A DNA stretch of 64,000 nt, taken from positions 806,001-870,000 of the forward strand of contig JBLDXI010000038.1 of NCBI GenBank assembly GCA_047495785.1. Direction: 5' to 3'. The number at the start of each line of letters is the position of its first letter. The first letter of the stretch is position 1. The position numbers and the translations under genes were made by a program. The notes below the pieces were generated by a model. That model did not search any database. It had not been told where the DNA came from and saw nothing but the letters and a program-made list of their open reading frames with translations. This document shows, one piece after another, positions 49,652 through 63,601 of this stretch. Origin of the DNA: Lepidodermella squamata (Eukaryota > Animalia > Gastrotricha).

Positions 49652-52048
49652 ATGTATTCAGTGAAACCAGTAGTAGTGCCGTTCGAGAAACTCGAAAATC
49701 CTCCGAATATATATCACATGCGAAGCTATCATGACAATGCAACTTCCCGTGCGAAAGGCGTTGATACTCAGGATATCGTTGTTAGACAGAGTGCTGTTAT
49801 CGAACGACTGGAAAACTTGACCGATCGCATCAAGAAAGCCTGTCAAGCCAAAGGGTATGCTTACGAGCATGCGAAGTCGAATTTAGCACTAATTGTGACC
49901 ATTTTAAGGATTCCCGATGAGCTTCTAGCTTTGCTTGGCCAACCAACATGCTCGAGCGAATCAGCAAATCATAACGAGATCAAATTAATTTCTAAGAAGT
50001 CGAAGCCGTCGCTAGCAACCAGGTAACCGTTTAACTGTTAAAGTTGAACGCTGGTAATCAATATTTTGATTTCAGTCCGCATCAGTTTGACGGATACATT
50101 GAAATAGTTTGCCACGCTGTAAACATGCCGTTTTCGATTCTAGGTGAGTTTCAGTATTCAATGAATATTTAGCTATTGAGTGAAGTCAGTGAGTGTTAAG
50201 CTACATAGCGTAGAATGGGGTGACTGGGCCTATCAAAAATCGAATATGGCAAAACGAAGACCACAAGAGTAGGTACCGTTGCCAGGTGATCATTCGTTTC
50301 AGTTTTTATTGTTGCAATCTAAGCTACGTTCTTCCGAAGTGGGTTTATTAAGGCTTCGAGATCGGCTCATATATCGCCCTTAGCTGGCTCACGGTCATTC
50401 CACATCCATATGCCATATCCATTTGTGAATAGGGAGTGGTACTTCTTGCCACCAGATTTGGGTTTTCTGCCATGGGATTAGGGTTTTCCGGCACCAAATA
50501 TGAAAATCCAAAAATTGCCACTAAATTGAGGTTTCTTGCCACCAAATTGGTCTTTATACCACTGAAACGAGGCTTGCCACCAATTTAGGGTTTCTTGCCA
50601 CCAATTTAGTTTTCTTCCCAAAATCAAGAACTGAAGCAACTTTAACAAGATCACGGATTAAAATTTCGGTGCCGAAGTAGCGTTAGCCACTCGACCACGA
50701 ATGGCCAGGCCATCCAGAACAACGGATCAGTACTTCTTATCAATCGGCTTGGAACCATGCTTGTGCCCCATCATGAGAACATGCTTACAAACCTACAAAA
50801 ATTACAGATAGTTAACAGATAGACTTCGCCCACTTTGCAGCCTCTTTTAAGCTGGCAAAACGCGTATCGAACGTTTGATAATTTTTTAGGCTGCCCCTTT
50901 TCCGGCGCGTTTAACGGGCTTAGGTGTAACTTCTGACTCTTGAGATTCCTCTGATGTAGCTGGCTGAATGTTGTCTGATAAGAGGCGGAGAAGAGACTAA
51001 AGCAGGCGACGCCGGAGAAATGGACGGCGAGGCTTTTAATTGTAATCGCTTTCTCCCCATCAAGTAACATGTTGATTCGAAAGTAAGTTAGGTATTTGTG
51101 TTAAAATTCGAATCGTGTAGCAATTTGTGTTGAGGAATTTTCATTGAACTAAAGATTCTTCTAGACGCGTCTTACAATCGCCGGAAAAGGACGCCAAACG
51201 ATCGCGCGTATTGTTACGTTCAAGTCTTACCACGCGCCGCTTCTCTAAACGAGCAAAATACTCAGTTTCAGCATTTTTAGTGGCAAGAAACCCCAAATTG
51301 GTGGCAAGAAACCCTAAATTGGTGGCAAGCCTTGTTTCAGTGGTACAAATACCAATTTGGTGGCAAAAAACCTCAATTTAGTGGCAATTTTTGGATTTTC
51401 ATATTTGGTGGCAGAAAACCCAAATTTAGTGGCAGAAAGTCCAAAATTAGTGGCAGAAAGCATTTCTCCCATATTTAAGTGATTTTTCGCCACAGCATTA
51501 TCTGATTGGATTGCAATCAATGCCAACCTGGAAATTTTACTGTACGCCCATTCGTCACTGCTTAATGCTGGCACGGCTGATTCCCGCAAAATGGAATTAG
51601 CTCTGAAAAAGCTTGGCAACAGAGTTGCTTTTACAAATGAATCATCTAAACTTCGGCTGACGGTTCGCATAATTCTTCATGATATCAATTCGAACGGTAT
51701 AGTTTCTTTATTCGAATACGTCATGAAACAATTCATTATGTAATTGAAGCAGAATCTCGCAAACGATTCGAAATTTCGCCTGTGTTATTTTCTGTCACCG
51801 ATTATTCGCGGAATCAAACGTCCAGCGAATTGGCCGGTGAAACTATATTATATAGATCCATGTTGCGTTTGTGTGGATACCTACCGGACGATGCCTTGGT
51901 CTCAGAGATGACTGAATTTTCGAAAGCTGCTGGCGACTTGCTGTTCGCCTCTTCTAAAACAATCAAATCATTTAAACCGTTGAATCAGCCTGAATCTCAT
52001 ACGTCATGTGCGACTTCACTTTTAAAGTCCTTGCAAGCTGCTGTTTGA
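49652..52048 (+). CDS. AIMP2: Aminoacyl-tRNA synthetase complex-interacting protein 2 (p38)
   Basis: N-terminal MYSVKP (MYxVKP LysRS-binding motif), RQSAVIERLENL coiled coil, IEIVCHAVNMPFSIL...HSS thioredoxin-like part and LAGETILYR. Five exons with a ~1.35-kb third intron. Confidence 0.75.
50443..51460. mobile_element. Intronic foldback element with ~180-bp inverted arms built from ~21-bp subrepeats
   Basis: Left arm 50443-50615 (TTTCTTGCCACCAA... units) is the reverse complement of right arm ~51277-51460 (TTGGTGGCAAGAAA... units), including a shared unique segment. Confidence 0.85.
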
Positions 52049-52811
52049 GTCGACTAGTCTTGTAAAATCGACGTTTTGACATTTATAAACATTTTAACCG
52101 CCTCACCTTCGATGAATATGATTTTCACCTTGTTTACATGATTTCATTTTTCTTTTGTGACCACATGGATAACCCAGTATTTTTTAAGTTAATAAAATGC
52201 GTGTTGCTTCACAACTGATGTTTTTGGCTGGATGAAAATGGCCTTGAAATATGGAATACGATATTTAGGTAACTAGTTTCGTCAGCCCATCTCACTTATA
52301 TATCAAGGGCGAAAAATTATGAAAATATAGATCATTCGCAACTAACGGTACCTATACCAATCAGTAACTCAGGCTCAGGCGACAACGTTGCTGCACAAAG
52401 AGTTGAGAATGCTGAGGTGAAGCTTTGAACAACCAGCAATGATACTGATGGACCTTCACACCTATATGACAACAACGCTTAAGGAGGTCAAGAAAATAAG
52501 TTTTATTATTATCGATTTTGACTCATTATTGTTGTACATGATTTCGATCTCCAGGAAATAACTTTTCCAGCCTACTTATCACAGAATATCTTTTGATTTT
52601 TAGTTTAAAGTTGAGTCTGTATGAGATTCCTTACTATTGAGTGAAAATTCTATTCCGGCCGACATGTGCTAATAGGAAACAGGAAAGGAGGGAACATCAA
52701 GCGAAACAGCCAAATGAAATAATTATTAAGAGCTAATCATTGTCATGAATACACGCGACTTCCTATCCAGTCGATTGTTTCTCTCAGCGATGGCCGCCAT
52801 CGCTCACAGCT

Positions 52812-55800
52812 TTAATAACAAACAACACGTGGAGCCTGTGGGAATAGGAGTTAAAGTCATGCTTGAACACAAATTCCATTACTCACCAATGGGAAAGCTC
52901 GTCGCATTCCTTGTTGAAGGTAAAAATGGAACAGTCGTAAATATATTCAAATTGAGCTAAAAAAATCAAGTCACTTACCTAGGCATTTCTCCCTAAAAAA
53001 TAAACCAGGAATTACTATTGTTACTGCTGATATATTAACTTGGTAAGTTTACCTGTCCAGAAAGATCGAATTGTTTTTCACAGCAAGATCATGTTCAAGG
53101 GTGGATTTTGTCATGAGAAGTTGCTGTAATGTGGCTTCTGCATAACGGTGTTAATTATTGTCGTAAGTTGGCGTGCTTAACGTTTACAAAAACTTGAACA
53201 TACCCGATGCTCTTAAACGGGCATTTAAGGCGTCTACACTCTCGTAGATTTGATGTACTTCCTCAACAAGGCGATGCTAAAAATTAAAGGCGATATGAGC
53301 GGAATATCGTCGTTAACAACTAATACATACTTGTGCCGGATCTCGTGTGGCCTCGGCGTTCGGGCGGTGCGTGCGTACTTCCAACCGCGTCTGGGCGACT
53401 TTCAAGGGGTTCTCTTGCTCTTGAATAGAGCGTCGCAGAAATTCGACGTTTTGCTCCATATCGAAGATTTCTTGGCAAACGCGGCTCAGGTGCGCTTGCG
53501 TTCTGTTGCGAGCTATAAATTCAAATCAAATGTTGTCAGTGTCTCGAGTTATCTACCGTAATCTTCACATTTTGAAATGTGATAGAACCGGAGATAGTTT
53601 GCGAAGAATACTTATATTTCGCTTGGATTTGGAACCTGGGCCAAGCTACCATTCAAATCATCCCGTTGATAAATGAACCAGGGACCAAGGATTCAATTAA
53701 CAGGGACCATGGACAAAGAGGAATCTTTCAGGTTTGAACACATGAAATGCTGGGAATCTATCTTTTTGGTCCATTTAAATGGGTGAAACTAATTCCTGAG
53801 AGGGCGATACATGACGCATGCTGTAATGGACTATCTCTTTCCCCATAAAAATGCATTTTACGCTAAGGAATGAAGATGACCCATAATATATTCGTTGAAT
53901 CTTCAAACCTTCAGTTGTTTCTTGCACTCGGCGAGACAGCTCTGCATTCACCGAGTTCCAAGCTTGCCACATGTCATTAGCACATTCGTCCAAGGCCTAT
54001 AAACCACATTTTCATTAAAATGAAGTTGACGATAGCAGCCGACTGAATACATACCTTAGCTATGTCTGCGCGAAGTTCTTGTGATCTTGCGCGCTCACCT
54101 AGGATACACAATTAATTAGACAGGTGATCGTGGAAGTTTCGCAGCTATAATAACATACTTTGAGACCGAAGGATGTGTGACTCGGTCAATCTAGCCCAAG
54201 TTTCCGGCACAGTTGTAGTGTTATCCACTCGCTCTATTCCTAATGGTATTATAATCATATCAACAATGAAAAAGTTGATTATTATTTTTAGATTACTTAC
54301 CGTTAACCAAAGCTACCCCGCGGCTGGAGTTTCGAAGGGCAGCTGCGCTTTGATCTGCCATTAGAGCAACAAATTTATCGCGGCTGTCGTTTTCCAACTC
54401 ATGTAGAGTAGCGCGGTCAACCGCCATTTGGCCATTGGTTCTGCAATAATTCATATTTCACCCCTGTTTCTTTGCAATAAAAGAAAAAATACCGCTCCAG
54501 CAAACTGCGCATTCGCTCTTGACAACGTCTCACCACATCCACCTCTATTAACATGAGTAAATTATCTCATCATCGAAACCGTTTCTTGTTTAGGGATATA
54601 TAACTCACCACTGAGTAGAGACCGTTCCACATTGTCATGAACTAGAAAAATGAGTATATTTTCGTTGTTATATCAAAAGAGCATCGTAAAAACAAACCTA
54701 GTTCAATGCCCTGCCGTTTTTCCCGCTCATACAAACATTCTTGGGCGATTTGCAACGGTACTGCAGCTTCAGCAAGCGATTTTTCTAGGCATCGTTTAGA
54801 TTCCGCCAAGTTTGCCATCTCTCGGTTAAGAGCATCGGTCTCATTAGATAGCTCGCTGCGCCAGAATTCGATGTCGGAGATTCTTTCGCCGAGACGTTTT
54901 CCAGATTCATCCTATTATTTGATTGATTGATTTCATTGGCTTTCTGAGTTTATTCGCGTTTCATCTAAATTTTTACCTGAGCTCTACGTGTGCGTTCTTC
55001 AACTTCTCTTGCCATGCGAGAAGCTTCCATTCTTAAACGTTCGCCTGCTGATTTGAGTTTGTCAGCCGCCAGCCAGTTGAAGGAATTTACTCGCTGCCAT
55101 TCGTTGGGCGAGTAACGCGTGTAAAGAGCAGCGCGAGTGGCGGCCAAGACATTGGGCGTTCTCAGGGGATCCACCGTATCTAAATGAAGCTGCGCACTGA
55201 TTGGAGCAGGAGCACTACGGCTAATGCTTCCGGCAGCTCGGAGCCGGGGCGCGGAAACCGATTGAGACATGAAAGGCGACAAGCTTTATACGAATAATGC
55301 AACGGTATTATTTTTTGTCGACATCACAATAAGAGAATAGGGGAAATATGGGCACAGTTTCGATTATTTAATTGTTAGCCCAAGACTAGCCTAGATCTTT
55401 CACAAAATTTACCTGCTGCTCGATAAGCCTGGAGGAGGACTTGACGCAGGTGCACAAAGAGCGCCTAATACGAAAATGATAAAAGTGGTAAGAATATAAT
55501 TGGCACAATATTAGAACATCTTCATACCGGCAGAAGCACCTGGTCTAAAATCCAGCGTAGTGTAAGCCCTGCGCATAGGCGTAGGATTAGGATGAGTATC
55601 GGTCGTGCTATCAAAATAGAAAATTATTTCCGTGAGATGAACATTTTGATCGACTATTTTGGTATTACTTGAAATATCTTGGATTAGGATCTGATGTTTG
55701 ATTCAGGATACTCGGCAATCCTCCAGAATCTACTCCATTTCGAGCGAACATATCTGTCCGACCCGTAGGTGTTGTTAGATACGCAGCAGTAGCCGTCGAA

Positions 55801-55856
55801 CCCATGTAATGTGCGGCATTGACACCGTTCATTGGGTTCATAGTTGCGGTCGCCAT
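52812..55856 (-). CDS. TEKT3: Tektin (tektin-3/5 group), axonemal microtubule inner protein
   Basis: [63 protein letters not shown] and [27 protein letters not shown] motifs. Many small exons; last exon 52835-52812. Confidence 0.92.
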
Positions 55857-56710
55857 ATATACAGCTATATACCAACCTCAATTTAAATATTCTATATTAT
55901 GGGAATGATTTTTCAACTTCGCTTGCCGAAGAATGTTCATGCAACAACTGATGCATTTTTATGAGTAATAATCAAAATTGTATTGGTCATAAGAACGTAT
56001 TAACTTGAAGTCACAGTCGAAAATTTAACGAAACGTTTTAAAAGAGAAGCTCCTTATACGACCCTAACAAGCTCTCAGTGCCCTTAAGCAATGAGGCGAA
56101 GTCCTGTAGCTATTGATAAAATTTTCCTCAAAAAGTATTTACGGCGTCATTCATCACGACTGACCTGCCGTTGGATACAATCTCAAGGAGCCTCACTTTT
56201 TGCCCTATATAGAATGGTTTACACAGTTATATTATTATCTATATAATTCAAAAAATGTAGGCGGATTAATTGGCTTCCTTTCGAGATAAACATATTGTAC
56301 AGCAGTGCATTCTTACCTGTATTTTGAGCATCAGAGATCAGAGATATCGATATAAAACTCAAATGTTACCGTTCAAAATGTTGAACAAAGTATCAATAAT
56401 ATCACTTATCAGCGGTCAAATATAATAACATATTATCATCTGAAAGCAATATGTGTTTACTTTCGTAGTCACTATTATAATGTACGAGAGAAAACCGATT
56501 ATAATTCATCTTTGATTCAACAGATAAGTGCGCTCATTTTTATTCCGAAAAACGGATGAAAATGAAGAACTGCGCCTTGGTCTTTTTTCAAAATGAAATT
56601 TTTCGAAAGCTGATTGGCTCGCGTCATTGTCTCAAAACATCAGAAATTTCCTACAACAGGGAAGAAAGTAAGAGCGCAGAGGCCAGCGCAGGGGCCAGCG
56701 CGGAAGCTAT

Positions 56711-56798
56711 GGAAGAAGAAGAAGAAGAAGAAGGAAGAGAGATAAGAAGAAGAGTGGAAGAATGAGAGAGGGAAGAAGGGAAGATAGAAAAGGAAGAC
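56711..56798. repeat. (GAA)n / purine-rich low-complexity tract
   Basis: GGAAGAAGAAGAAGAAGAAGAAGG... almost purely purine for ~90 bp. Confidence 0.8.
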
Positions 56799-56960
56799 TT
56801 TCCATGCACTCAAGTCAGATAGAGCAAATCATTTTTTAAAAGACGCGTCTGTGAAAAATAGCGCATGGAAAGAAATCATGCCGTACGTATGTGAGTTTTT
56901 GTGTATGTATGTGTCATGTTATATTGCTGGATGAGAGAAAGAATCAAGAATAGCCAGTGT

Positions 56961-56973
56961 GTCACCAGGTAAC
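56961..56973. promoter_or_regulatory. Candidate RFX X-box upstream of the tektin gene
   Basis: GTCACC-A-GGTAAC fits GTYNCC(N0-3)RGYAAC and lies ~1.1 kb 5' of the tektin ATG. Confidence 0.4.
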
Positions 56974-58399
56974 CGTCACCCAGGGTTTCTATTGAACGTG
57001 CGCACTATATCGATCCGCACCCTCATTTCAAGCAGCAGCAGCGGCGGCAGCGACGGCAGCGCAGAAAAAAACAACGCCATTCTACTTGTATATTCCAGCA
57101 CCTCGAGCTGCCTGCGCTAACCAGTGGTATCGATAGGTATACATCGTCTCGCAAATAGCAGCAATCATTGCTTGCCACACGTTTAGTAGAAACCCGCCAT
57201 AATACAGGCATAATCGATCAGTATAATTTACTATAGCAATTTGGATTGCTAAGTTGAATTTATAATAATATTGTAAGGAAGTGATTTCTTTTGAAAAATT
57301 ACAAGCGAGGCAATGCTAATAATATGCGATCGATATATTCGTGACAGCCATATACAGCCATATACACATGTGGTTGTAATATCTACGAAGACCGCAGTTA
57401 TTTATGTTTATCATCTGGTTTCAGGCGGGGCAATCGATGTAGACGTGGAGTGTTCCACTTGCCATTTCTGTTATATTATTCCGGTTTTTGTTCGTTGAAT
57501 TTCATCCAATTCATTGGAACATGAGATTTTTTTGTACAGCTAAGGAATGCGGGAATCGGCTTCGTTCTTAGTCGAAGGAGATAAACGCCGAACTACATCG
57601 TTGTCAAACTGACGTTGCTGTGGAGCAGTCATGAGTTAAAATTGGACTTGAAAAGCTAAAAAGAACCTCTCATTGTTTGTTAGGTATTTGCAAGTTGAAA
57701 TAGATTCCAATTCAGATGTTTCAAAATAGAAGTCGGTGTTACTGTTAATGTTACGCTTGATGGGACTAATCCAACGACATCAGCATTCGGAGCTTGAAAA
57801 ATAATACATTTCAGGGTAATAACGAAGATAATTTCGAATCCTCTTTATTCGATTTAGGTATCAAATCATCAAAAACATTATAGGAAAGTTTGACATCAGA
57901 GATCAACACAGAATATTCATGAGTAAAAAACATTTGAACGCGCGTACCACAAATAATCGTCTACAGACTGAGATCACTTCAGCAACAACAATTTAATTAG
58001 AGACAGAATCTACCCTTCGACGACAGACACCTTTCAAAAGTGCTTCGAAAACCTACGATGGCCGACATCATTTTCATTCAGATTGAATTCAAGAATCATT
58101 CACGGCGTTAGCGAGAAAAATTATTCTACAACGTTTCCAACTTCAAGGGTACTATTTGAAATTATTTAAGATGAACTGACTGTAAAATTTAACTTGTGCA
58201 ATAAGTGTACTTCGCCTATTACAATTAAATGCTGAAAATCATGGTGTTAATTAGTGTTTCCTCGCACGATAATTAAACAAAACGCAATTATGTAGCCAAT
58301 CAGATAGGCATATTTTCTTGTAGCTCAATCGGAGCTATATAGTACACTGTGAAATAAACGCAAGTAACAAGAGCATAATTCTTGACAATCAAATATGCA

Positions 58400-60641
58400 T
58401 CCTTCGGTTTCATCCGTGTTGCTCTGAGTAAGCTCTATCGACGCCTGCACCTACATCAAATATCTTCAAATCTTGAACATTCGAACGTGTTGACTCTTTA
58501 GTAGAGGCCATTTTAATCGGAGCAGTTGCCGGCAGCGCCCATTTTACATCAACAGCTTCCAGATCAGTCCCGATACCTAGACAAACAAAAAATATTATCA
58601 GGACGCCTGGGGACTAGCAGCGTTCGATCACATAACGAAGCCTACACCGCATCGCCATGCGTGCAAGGAGCTTTTCAAACCATTAGTAACATGAGAAAGT
58701 CCTTTACGTTAATAATAACTACCTCTACCTAATTGTTATGCCGGTTGAGAAAGTTCAAGCCAGCGAAGCTCATTTCACCTCGGCAGAAATCGAATGAAAA
58801 TGAAAGTGTTTGAAAGCTCATGAGCAAATGTTTGACGTCCTATCGAAAGGATGATTTAGGAATGAGGGAAGGCCTATTCAGTTAAAAAGTCTTAGTTAAA
58901 GATAAAGCTACTTTTTGAAAGTTCAAGCTTATCCGCTACATTCAAAAGATTTCGCTAAGACAAAGCGGCAAAAAATGAAGATTTATTATAGTTGTTTATT
59001 CCTTAATGTTAAACTAAGACCTTTTCTGACCTAAGGGGAATTTTCATGAACCTTATTTCAATTTAAATAGAACGATTAATTCTATTATCATAGGCTTAAG
59101 CGAGTAGTGAGGTTTATACTCTACGCTGTAGCTAAGTTGGCTATCCACAGCATGAATTTCAACAGTTAATGACACTCACCTTCTTCGACATGACGGTGAC
59201 GGCGCTGCTCTGTTGAGTGACGATTTTGCGAACGGCCAAGACCACCGGAAGTAAGCCGTTTTAACTCACGGTACTTTTCGTAAAGAGGACGAACTATTTG
59301 TCGTTCCACTTTATCGATTGGTCTCCCGTAGCTGGATTCTAGCTGTAACAATGCACGCTGCAGAGCTGTAACATATAACAGCATAGCAACATAGAGCATA
59401 AACTCGATATAAATATTTTCCACCCACCTATTTTCTCTTCAATAGATGAAATGGAAGATTTCCTCGCCAGCAATCCGCTGTTTGTATGACTAACAATGCC
59501 AAAGCGATCGCACAATATTTGAACAATCCTACTGAGGTGAGCTATTCGACTGTTATGATGATCACTGATATGACAGCAAAGCAAAGAAATAATAAAAGTT
59601 ATTCTCAGCACTATTCACTCACCTTGTTCCAAGATGCAAATGCGTTCCTGGTCGACCGTTATGAAAACTCAGCGAATTTGTATTATTATGGGCTTGTAAT
59701 ATTGCTGATTTCGTATTTGTCAATTCATCTTTATCATCGGCATCTTCGGTTTTGTGGCCGTCATCATCATCGCCATCATCATCCTCAGGGCACGCGGAAG
59801 AAAAATCACATTTGCTGACACTCAGTTGATTGCTTGATTTACTACAATTGAGAGTTATTTCACGAGACTTGGAGGGTACGGATTCGACTCGGCTTTGTTG
59901 CTGTGGTAATTGAAGTTGTGAAGTAGACATAACAGATTGTATCGCATTTGCATCGATTGGCAAACGATGGAATAGCCTTTCCCTGATAACTGATCGAATT
60001 ACTGCGAGCCATAAGTTTTGAAAATCTGCATTGACCTGTCGATCACAGTCATAAACTTCGGCCGCAGAACAGCTACTGGGCTTCAGTATCAATCTCTCCG
60101 TAAGCTTTGTCAGCTTAGACAGCCTTGCAAGACCTGTTAGAGACTCTGGACAACCGAACAAGCCTGGGGCAAATACGACAGCTAATTGAGCAGCGCCCAT
60201 TCGGGTTACATCCGAGGACTCGATTAATTTGTTTAACATTCGTAAAATAGCCAAGGCTGACCTTCGGCTGTCAGCACTGATCGTAGAAAAGCTCCTGCTT
60301 ATTTGATTGTCAAGGACGGTATCCTGGACATCGGCGTAATCAAGTGTACCATCGTCCTTATCGACGATGGAGCCAACTGCCAATAATAGTGGTTCTGGAA
60401 GCTCAGCCAGTAAAAGCTTGAGAAGGCTAGCCACAGAGTAAGGGTCCGCGAATTTTACACCGCTGGTAAGATCTCGATAGAACGCGATCCCCTCATCTTC
60501 ATTAAGACGGTTTCGTAAAGCCTTGACAGACGTTTGATTAGGACAAACCCGGAATATACCTTCTTGGTCATGTCCGAAAGTCAGCAGATAATCACAAATT
60601 TTTTCTATAATTCTTCCAATTCCTTCGCTTTGAGAAGACAT
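58400..60641 (-). CDS. FAM13: FAM13-family RhoGAP protein (3' end uncertain)
   Basis: RhoGAP domain (EGIFRV arginine finger, DPYSVASLLKL...PEPL, RMGAAQLAVVFAPGLF) plus the FAM13 signature LQRALLQLESSYGRP..ERQIVRPLYEKYRELK at ~59260-59365. Confidence 0.82.
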
Positions 60642-61278
60642 CGCAGATGGAGATTGGGCACGATAAATATTATGCTCCAGTCATACTATCGGCTATCGGC
60701 TATTCATCATCGGCAGAGATTCAAGCCGCAATCGAATGGATCATTTGAGCCAGCATGAACCATTTCACAGCTCCTCCTAATTTAGGACAGGATTCGCGCC
60801 AAGGTGATAAATCTCATTCTCATCAAGGGAAGGATCGATTTTAGAGTTGACCAATCTTGCAAGAATAAGTCTTAGAAGAGGAATTCCCCTCGATAAATTT
60901 TTTTTATTAATGATGATCAATAATCAATAAGTATTGACGTAGATAGTTAAATAAAATATGTAAATCTATGTTTAAATACTTACATATTCAAAAATGATCA
61001 GTGTTTATAAAAATTAGAAAAATAATTCATTAATGAATCAGGGGTAGTCTGTTTGAGGGTTGTTTTAAATAAATAAGAATATGTATGAAAGGTGGTGCAA
61101 AGAAAGTTGTTGGGTGGAGGGTGGAGGTGGTGAGTCATCATTGAACATATTATCTACTGGGTCTTCCATAACATTTTGCTTACAGCTGCTCAGGACTCTA
61201 GAATCTCATATCGAAGCAACTAAATGGATAAAATTGGTTGGCCTATGTTTTTTAAAACGGTTATACCAGCAAGTTACT

Positions 61279-61705
61279 TCCGCTATTCTGATGATGTTGA
61301 TATGCAGTCTCAAACTCACCCTCCTCGCCTGATGAGGCAATCTGTTAATTGAAGGAGTCACTCCCTTCTCATGCTCGTGTTGACGTCAAGCGAAGTGTGT
61401 TGGAGAGGCGATGATCGAGAGCTATGAGCTATGGACACGGGTCTACGCGTGGCTGGCATTAAAGGGTAATGGGTGAAGGGTGATAATGTTAAATGTTACC
61501 CGTTACTCGCCGCATCCTTAATGGTCAGTAGCTAGTAGCTCGGGCGACCATCTAAGATCATCCTCCTTTGCACACGGCTCACGCTGAGGAAGTGCGGCTG
61601 TTAAACTCTTTGGAGCTTAGGTTGATCACGTCAGCTTACAACGGCCGGAGTGTCGTCTTGGCTCTTGACAAAACTCTTGATCTGTTCAGATGGAATTGTG
61701 TTTTT
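61279..61705 (+). ncRNA. Candidate structured RNA (long G.U-rich rod hairpin plus second hairpin) upstream of the TMEM184 start codon; class unresolved
   Basis: Nested complementary blocks: GTGTG/CACAC (61395/61571), GATGATC/GATCATC (61410/61556), ATGG/CCAT, CTAC/GTAG, GCTGGCATTAA/TTAATGGTCAGT (61452/61518), GGGTGA/TTACTC and GGGTGATA/TGTTACCC. GC-rich island in AT-rich flanks with no long ORF. Confidence 0.55.
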
Positions 61706-61741
61706 ACATTTTAGATTTTACCCACCGTAGTGTAGATTGAG

Positions 61742-63601
<1,860 letters not shown>

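Noticed and set aside
50443-50615. Regular ~21-bp repeats resembling a CRISPR array
   Set aside because: No unique spacers, the block is mirrored as an inverted arm, it lies in a spliceosomal intron, and there are no cas genes.
50660-50700. tRNA gene
   Set aside because: Only an A-box-like stretch; no B box or cloverleaf. At most a SINE remnant.
61329-61357. Hammerhead ribozyme core CTGATGA (also on the minus strand near 26912)
   Set aside because: No stem II followed by GAAA and no matching stem I/III with a cleavage triplet.
61312-61672. Telomerase RNA hypothesis (CTCACCCTC template-like stretch; 3' hairpin followed by ACA)
   Set aside because: The template would specify TGAGGG rather than TTAGGG, and no U-rich/A-rich pseudoknot or H box was found. 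Kept only as a remote possibility.
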